Shown here one piece after another: positions 59,386 through 64,000 of a stretch of DNA of 64,000 bases. The notes beneath the pieces were generated by a model. The model was not told where the DNA came from. It saw nothing but the letters and a program-made list of their open reading frames with translations, and made no database searches. Source of the DNA: an uncultured delta proteobacterium (GTDB taxonomy: Bacteria; Desulfobacterota; Binatia; Binatales; Binataceae); contig CAVQVD010000015.1 of NCBI GenBank assembly GCA_963717045.1, positions 687,747 through 751,746 on the forward strand, written 5' to 3'. Numbering within the stretch: position 1 is the stretch's first letter; the number at the start of each line of letters is the position of its first letter. Both the position numbers and the translations under genes were made by a program.

Positions 59386-60783
59386 TCATTCGGCGCGCTC
59401 CTGCGCCGCCCAGGCCGAGCTCTGTCGGCGTCGCGTATCGAAATTCTTCCAGTATGCCTCTAGCGCCTGGCTGGGAGCGATTCCGTCGAGCGTAATTGGA
59501 CCACGCATGCGTTCGGCAGCGGCCTCATCCAGGACCATCAGCGGCTGCTTGCCTGCAGCAGCCCCTTCGATCGCGTCGATCAGAATCCTGCGATAAGCCG
59601 TTATTGCTTTATCCGACGCGCCGAGGTGCTCACGCGTGCGATCCTGAATCGGTCCCTGCGATTCGACTGCCCATTGGTCGTGAACGTTTATGTCTTCGCC
59701 CATGCCCGTATACGTCTGCCGGCGCTGCTCCACCGCGTCGAATCCATAATTGTTCGCGGCATTGAGCCGCGGCTTGTAATCCGGCAGCGTGTAGAGCTCG
59801 AGCCGATGACGGCGCATTGCCTCCTTGTCGACCTTTCCGGCAAAGCTGGTGAAAATCGCGTACCAGTAACAACTTACGTCGTCGATCGGTACTTGCCACT
59901 GCGTAACCGTCATCTCGGGACTTAGTGGAATGACGAAGGCGTTGGGAAACAGTAAATTGGTTACGCGAATATGAGTCCACGAATCGTCGAGCTCGCGCAA
60001 GGTTATGATCCGAAAGCCATAATCCGTGTATTCAGTTTCGATGTGCGGGCGCGGATACTCCCGCATGATTTTCGTCATCGGCAGTGTCGAGTCCGCCGAA
60101 GTACTACGAAACTGTATCCCATAGTTCTCAGCGGGGTCATGGTCTTCGAAAAACCGATGTAGAAACGATGCGTGGGCGGGATCGATTCCGACCTCCAGCG
60201 TCTGTAGCCAGTTGCAGCCGACGTATCCTTTAAAGGCGAAGGTGTACGCGTCTGGCGCTATGAAACAGTCGAAATGCGGGAACGCCGGCGGCTCACCGGG
60301 GCCCAGATAGGCAAACAGGATGCCGTTGCGTTCGCGAACAGGGTAGCCATTGTGGCGAATCTTGGTGTGAAGCTTGCTCCCCTCCGGCTCCGCCGGCGTC
60401 TCGAGACATTTTCCGCTGATGTCAAATAACCAGCCGTGGAATGCGCAACGGAGACCGCCGTTTTCGAGGCGGCCGAAAGCGAGATCCGCGCCGCGATGCG
60501 GACAGGAGCGGTCGACGAGTCCATAGCGCCCCTGCTCGTCACGAAAAAGCACCAATTTCTGCCCGAGTAGCTCGATCGCCTTGACCCGGCGCTCCGTCGC
60601 CAGCTCTTCGACCAATGCGGCAGGCTGCCAGTAAAGCCGCATCAGTTTTCCGGCTGGCGTACCCTGCCCGGTCCGGGTGATCGTCTCGTTGCGTTGGGCG
60701 CTCATCATATGAGAGGGCTCGTGAACGATCGGCGCGCGATGCGCAGGTCCGTCCGTTAAGCTAATCGCGGTCGAGCTTATCAA
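59386..60783 (-). CDS. Rieske oxygenase alpha subunit, single-component VanA/phthalate-family type (no beta subunit)
   Basis: LYWQPAALVEEL then Rieske CPHRGADL...CAFHGW. Confidence 0.8.
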   Translation of the reverse strand: MISSTAISLTDGPAHRAPIVHEPSHMMSAQRNETITRTGQGTPAGKLMRLYWQPAALVEELATERRVKAIELLGQKLVLFRDEQGRYGLVDRSCPHRGADLAFGRLENGGLRCAFHGWLFDISGKCLETPAEPEGSKLHTKIRHNGYPVRERNGILFAYLGPGEPPAFPHFDCFIAPDAYTFAFKGYVGCNWLQTLEVGIDPAHASFLHRFFEDHDPAENYGIQFRSTSADSTLPMTKIMREYPRPHIETEYTDYGFRIITLRELDDSWTHIRVTNLLFPNAFVIPLSPEMTVTQWQVPIDDVSCYWYAIFTSFAGKVDKEAMRRHRLELYTLPDYKPRLNAANNYGFDAVEQRRQTYTGMGEDINVHDQWAVESQGPIQDRTREHLGASDKAITAYRRILIDAIEGAAAGKQPLMVLDEAAAERMRGPITLDGIAPSQALEAYWKNFDTRRRQSSAWAAQERAE

Positions 60784-60831
60784 GCGCGATGCGGTGGTGA
60801 CAAACCAGCCCTCCAGTGGCCGGACCGTTGC

Positions 60832-61800
60832 TCAGAGCTTCGGAATAACCTCGCTGGCCAGCAGTTCCAGATGCTCAATTTCATCGAAGACCGGATTCAA
60901 TAATAAGTGTCGGGCGCCGGCGCGAACGATCTCTCCCAACTTGTCTATACACTCCGCGCGATTGCCCCAGATGGAGACGCGCGAAGCCATCTCTGCGTTC
61001 TTGTAGCGCATGCCAAACCAATCGCGCAGCCGGCGCTCCGCACGCGCCCGATCGTCGTCGATGGCTATGTAGACACGCTTCGAGATCGTGAATTCGTCGG
61101 GGTCGCGTTTGGCTTCTTCAAGGAAGCGCCGCAACTGCTCGGCCTGCAGGACGAAGTCAGCCGAGGAAGAGGAGCCGGCTCCCATCCAGCCGTTGCCAAG
61201 GCGGGCCGCGCGCTTCAGGGCCACAGCGTCACGAGCGCCAAACCATAGCGGTGGATGCGGCTTTTGCGCGGGCTTCGGTTCCATGGCCACGTTCTCAAAC
61301 CGCCAGAATTCGCCGTTCATTGTCGCCCTGGGCTGCGTCCATAGTTCTTTCATGACCTGAAGCCCTTCGACGAAACGACGCCCACGGCGTTCGCTGGACA
61401 CGCCGAAGACTGACTCGGGCACGTGTGCGCCGCCAATCCCCACGCCGACGATGAGCCGTCCGCGACTCAGTTGATCCAGCGAGGCCAGGCTTTTGGCTAA
61501 TTGAACGGGATTGCGAATCACGGTTAGCAGCACGGAGGTGCCCAAGTGAGGTTTCGACGTGAGGGCAGCAGCGTATGTGAGTAGCGTAACCGGCTCAAGG
61601 ATCGGAGCGTCACCGATGATCTGCTCCTGGACCCACAAGCCTTCATAGCCGAGCGCTTCCGCTCGCGGAAGAAATCGACGGATGACGCCCGCATCGGTCG
61701 AGGGATCGGCGAAACTTTGGGGGATTGCGATGCCGCAGGGGATATTACCTATAGTCATATAAGCCATGCTCCTTGTAGAACAGATTCTTTCTGTGAGCAC
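60832..61800 (-). CDS. LLM-class F420/flavin-dependent oxidoreductase
   Basis: 322 aa luciferase-like pattern (GRLIVGVGIGG, PHPPLWFGA). Confidence 0.7.
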   Translation of the reverse strand: MLTERICSTRSMAYMTIGNIPCGIAIPQSFADPSTDAGVIRRFLPRAEALGYEGLWVQEQIIGDAPILEPVTLLTYAAALTSKPHLGTSVLLTVIRNPVQLAKSLASLDQLSRGRLIVGVGIGGAHVPESVFGVSSERRGRRFVEGLQVMKELWTQPRATMNGEFWRFENVAMEPKPAQKPHPPLWFGARDAVALKRAARLGNGWMGAGSSSSADFVLQAEQLRRFLEEAKRDPDEFTISKRVYIAIDDDRARAERRLRDWFGMRYKNAEMASRVSIWGNRAECIDKLGEIVRAGARHLLLNPVFDEIEHLELLASEVIPKL

Positions 61801-61821
61801 TTTACATCTTCGCGATGATCA

Positions 61822-62556
61822 TCATGTGAAATGGCCAGCGAAATAGCCGGGTAGCAGGCTGGGGAGCATGCGGACCGGCACTTCTTCGACCGCACCTTGC
61901 GCTAAGCTTCCGAGCTGGAACGGTCCATAGGCGATCCGGATCAGGCGAGTCACGCGCAAGCCGAATATTTCGAGCAACTTCTTTATTTCGCGGTTTTTGC
62001 CTTCGTGCAGCGTCATGGTCAGCCAGCAATTGCTGCCCTGGCGACTATCGAGGACTGTCTGCACAGGGCGGTAGCGGACGCCATCAATAGTCAGTCCTAG
62101 GGCAAGCTTCGCAATCATCGCTTCATCCAGCTCGCCATGAGCCCGAATTCGGTAGCTGCGGGAAATCGCCTGGGCTGGATGTTCGAGATAACGTGCCAGT
62201 TCGCCATCATTGGTCAGTAGCAAAAGACCTTCGGTATTGATGTCGAGGCGTCCGACGGAAATCAAACGCGGCAGCGTTTTGGGAAGCGAGGCGAAGACGG
62301 TCGAGCGTCCCTGAGGATCGCGGGCGGTCGTAACGAGTCCGGCGGGCTTGTGATAACGCCAGAGTTTGGATTGGTCCGGAACAGTTACCGCTTTGCCGTC
62401 GACCGCCAGTGCATCGTCGAGTCCGACCAGCGTTGCGGGATGTTTCACGAGGGCGCCATTCAGCGTCACCCGACCTTCTTCGATGAGCCGTTCGGACTCG
62501 CGGCGGGACGCCACCCCGGCACGCGCCACTAATTTAGCGATTCTTTGCTTTGCCAC
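61822..62556 (-). CDS. pseudouridine synthase, RsuA/RluB family
   Basis: S4 domain plus catalytic GRLDINTEGLLLLTNDG. Confidence 0.8.
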   Translation of the reverse strand: MAKQRIAKLVARAGVASRRESERLIEEGRVTLNGALVKHPATLVGLDDALAVDGKAVTVPDQSKLWRYHKPAGLVTTARDPQGRSTVFASLPKTLPRLISVGRLDINTEGLLLLTNDGELARYLEHPAQAISRSYRIRAHGELDEAMIAKLALGLTIDGVRYRPVQTVLDSRQGSNCWLTMTLHEGKNREIKKLLEIFGLRVTRLIRIAYGPFQLGSLAQGAVEEVPVRMLPSLLPGYFAGHFT

Positions 62557-62567
62557 AGAGCTTGCGA

Positions 62568-63239
62568 TTATTGCGACCGGACGTAGTCGGTGATATCTCG
62601 CACGCCGGCCTTTTCAAACCCGACCTGACGCTCCCTACACTTATTGCATTCACCGCAATGTCTCAGGCCGCGAGGAGCCATGCAGGTCAGAGTCGATTCA
62701 AGCGGCAGATGTTTGAACTGCCGTATAACATCCCATTTGCGTAGATCCCGGAACCCGGCCTTTACTTCGATCTCGTGCCCTAGTCCGCTGCTGAGCGCGG
62801 ACGCGAAGTCGCTGAAGAACTTCGGAGTCGCGTCGGGAAACGGATTTCCCGCGAGCGAGCCGATTGCGATTCTCGAAACATCGTGCGTGCTGCACCACAC
62901 CGCGGCGAGCCCAATTAAAAGGATGTTTCTGCCGGGCAGATAGACGGAGCTATCCGATTCCTCGGCTCCGGGGACCGAGTCGCCGGAAACGCTCCAGTGG
63001 CCGCCATACATAGTCTCGATTGGCGCGGACAACGTCGTTACCGCTTTCACGTGAAAGTTGTTTAAATCCCGCAGGAACACCCCGAGCGCTTCACGCTCCA
63101 TCTCCTCCCACGCCAGTCCGCATCGCACATAGATTGGATATACTTCGGCCGCTTTGGCTTCTTCCGCAAGCAATACGGAGCTATCTAGACCGCCGCTCGA
63201 CAAGACCGCGATTTTGTCCAAGCAAGTTCTCCCCATCAC
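62568..63239 (-). CDS. queC: 7-cyano-7-deazaguanine synthase
   Basis: PP-loop VLSSGGLDSS and zinc motif CGECNKC. Confidence 0.85.
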   Translation of the reverse strand: MMGRTCLDKIAVLSSGGLDSSVLLAEEAKAAEVYPIYVRCGLAWEEMEREALGVFLRDLNNFHVKAVTTLSAPIETMYGGHWSVSGDSVPGAEESDSSVYLPGRNILLIGLAAVWCSTHDVSRIAIGSLAGNPFPDATPKFFSDFASALSSGLGHEIEVKAGFRDLRKWDVIRQFKHLPLESTLTCMAPRGLRHCGECNKCRERQVGFEKAGVRDITDYVRSQ

Positions 63240-63399
63240 TGAGTCGATCGGATATGAAAAGCTTCGGCCGACAACACGAGAGCTAAATTACGTATCGAAA
63301 TCGCAAACGCACTTATGCTTTGAGGTTACACTTTCAAATTCTTCAATACCACTTGAGCCTCGACCTTCGCCTTTGCGTCTATATCACGACGTTTCGCAA

Positions 63400-64000
63400 T
63401 TACTCCCTCGAGGCCTTGGCTCCTGCCGCATCTGTTACTTTCCGAGCCCGTTCCCTTTCAAGTCGGAGCATTGGAAACAGCTTTGGCGCCATTTGTGACG
63501 CGAATTCCTTGAACAAGCGCACCGGCTTCGGGATATAACGGTTGCCGAGATGAACCACAGAAAGATTGAAGCTGCGGAAGCGCCACTTTGGCATAACCTC
63601 GACGAGCCGCCCGTCGCGCAGCAGATCCGGCTGCACCACCGGCGGAAGGTCGCCGATGCCGGCGCCCGCGAGCAGTGCATGCGCAAGGCCGGTGTAATCG
63701 TTCATCGAGAGGTAAGGTTTGAACGTCAGAGTTTTCTTGTCCCTTCCGTTAGCATTAACAAAGCTCCAGCGATTTTCGGGCTTCCAATGCGAGAACGCGA
63801 GCAGCCGATGCCCAAGCAGAAGATCTTGCGGTGCTTTGGGCGGCTTGCAGTTCTCGAGATAGGCGCGGCTCGCTACAAGCTGATGCCGGTAGGTCAGGAT
63901 CCGCCGCGCGATGAGCGTCGAGTCCCTGAGGGCGCCGAACCTGAACATGAGGTCGACGGCATCGGCAATATGATCGACGGACCGGCGGCGGTCCAGCGGA
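63400..64000 (-). CDS. LysR-family transcriptional regulator (C-terminal substrate-binding domain; N-terminus beyond window end)
   Basis: LysR substrate-binding-domain-like pattern; frame remains open to base 64000. Confidence 0.55.
   Translation of the reverse strand, partial: PLDRRRSVDHIADAVDLMFRFGALRDSTLIARRILTYRHQLVASRAYLENCKPPKAPQDLLLGHRLLAFSHWKPENRWSFVNANGRDKKTLTFKPYLSMNDYTGLAHALLAGAGIGDLPPVVQPDLLRDGRLVEVMPKWRFRSFNLSVVHLGNRYIPKPVRLFKEFASQMAPKLFPMLRLERERARKVTDAAGAKASRE

Noticed and set aside
1-64000. Searched for CRISPR arrays, tRNA/rRNA genes, IS elements or integrases, and toxin-antitoxin or defence-island signatures
   Set aside because: No short direct-repeat arrays, no cloverleaf-like tRNA candidates, no transposase, integrase or recombinase ORFs, and no nuclease or ATPase pairs typical of defence systems were recognised.

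Overview
This is a high-GC (about 65%) bacterial chromosomal segment with dense coding on both strands and about 55 genes. No rRNA, tRNA, CRISPR or obvious mobile element was seen. The gene content is dominated by oxidative catabolism and points repeatedly at amines and hydrocarbons. The main points, in order of interest:

1. **Copper membrane monooxygenase (CuMMO) operon, 4770-8015.** The order is subunit C, subunit A, a small signal-peptide ORF, then subunit B. The AmoC/PmoC, AmoA/PmoA and AmoB/PmoB motifs and the copper ligands are conserved. A luciferase-like (LLM) flavin oxidoreductase lies upstream. Downstream are a Tat-exported subunit plus a GMC flavoprotein dehydrogenase, and a Sco1/SenC copper chaperone.
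2. **Quinohemoprotein amine dehydrogenase (QHNDH) cluster, 28680-38556.** It comprises qhpA (dihaem), qhpD (radical-SAM/SPASM), qhpC, qhpB (beta-propeller) and qhpE (subtilisin), then a divergent, frameshifted ABC exporter (qhpF-like), an FGE/SUMF1-like gene, and a qhpG-like FAD monooxygenase. The QhpC residues Cys7/Glu16, Cys27/Asp33, Cys37/Trp43 and Cys41/Asp49 line up exactly.
3. **Two paralogous modules pairing a glutamine-synthetase-like gamma-glutamyl-amine ligase with a Rieske oxygenase,** at 25071-28527 and 57883-60783.
4. **Candidate selenoprotein, 41680-42864.** A TlpA/ResA-like thioredoxin-fold gene is interrupted only by an in-frame TGA at the catalytic Cys position, with a perfect 7-bp hairpin resembling the fdhF SECIS 14 nt downstream.
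5. **Other genes.** Storage-lipid genes (a frameshifted WS/DGAT, class III phaE/phaC); PDH E1/E2; an mdtABC-like RND pump; three LLM oxidoreductases; PhyH, HpaB-like and ICL/PEP-mutase family enzymes. Housekeeping genes (pseudouridine synthase, queC, a partial LysR) sit at the 3' end, and an M1 aminopeptidase fragment at the 5' edge.

Two single-base frameshifts in G/C runs (WS/DGAT and the ABC exporter) may be assembly errors. Coordinates follow the supplied ORF track, with starts re-chosen where homology or an RBS argued for it. Family assignments come from motif-level recognition by eye. No database search was run.
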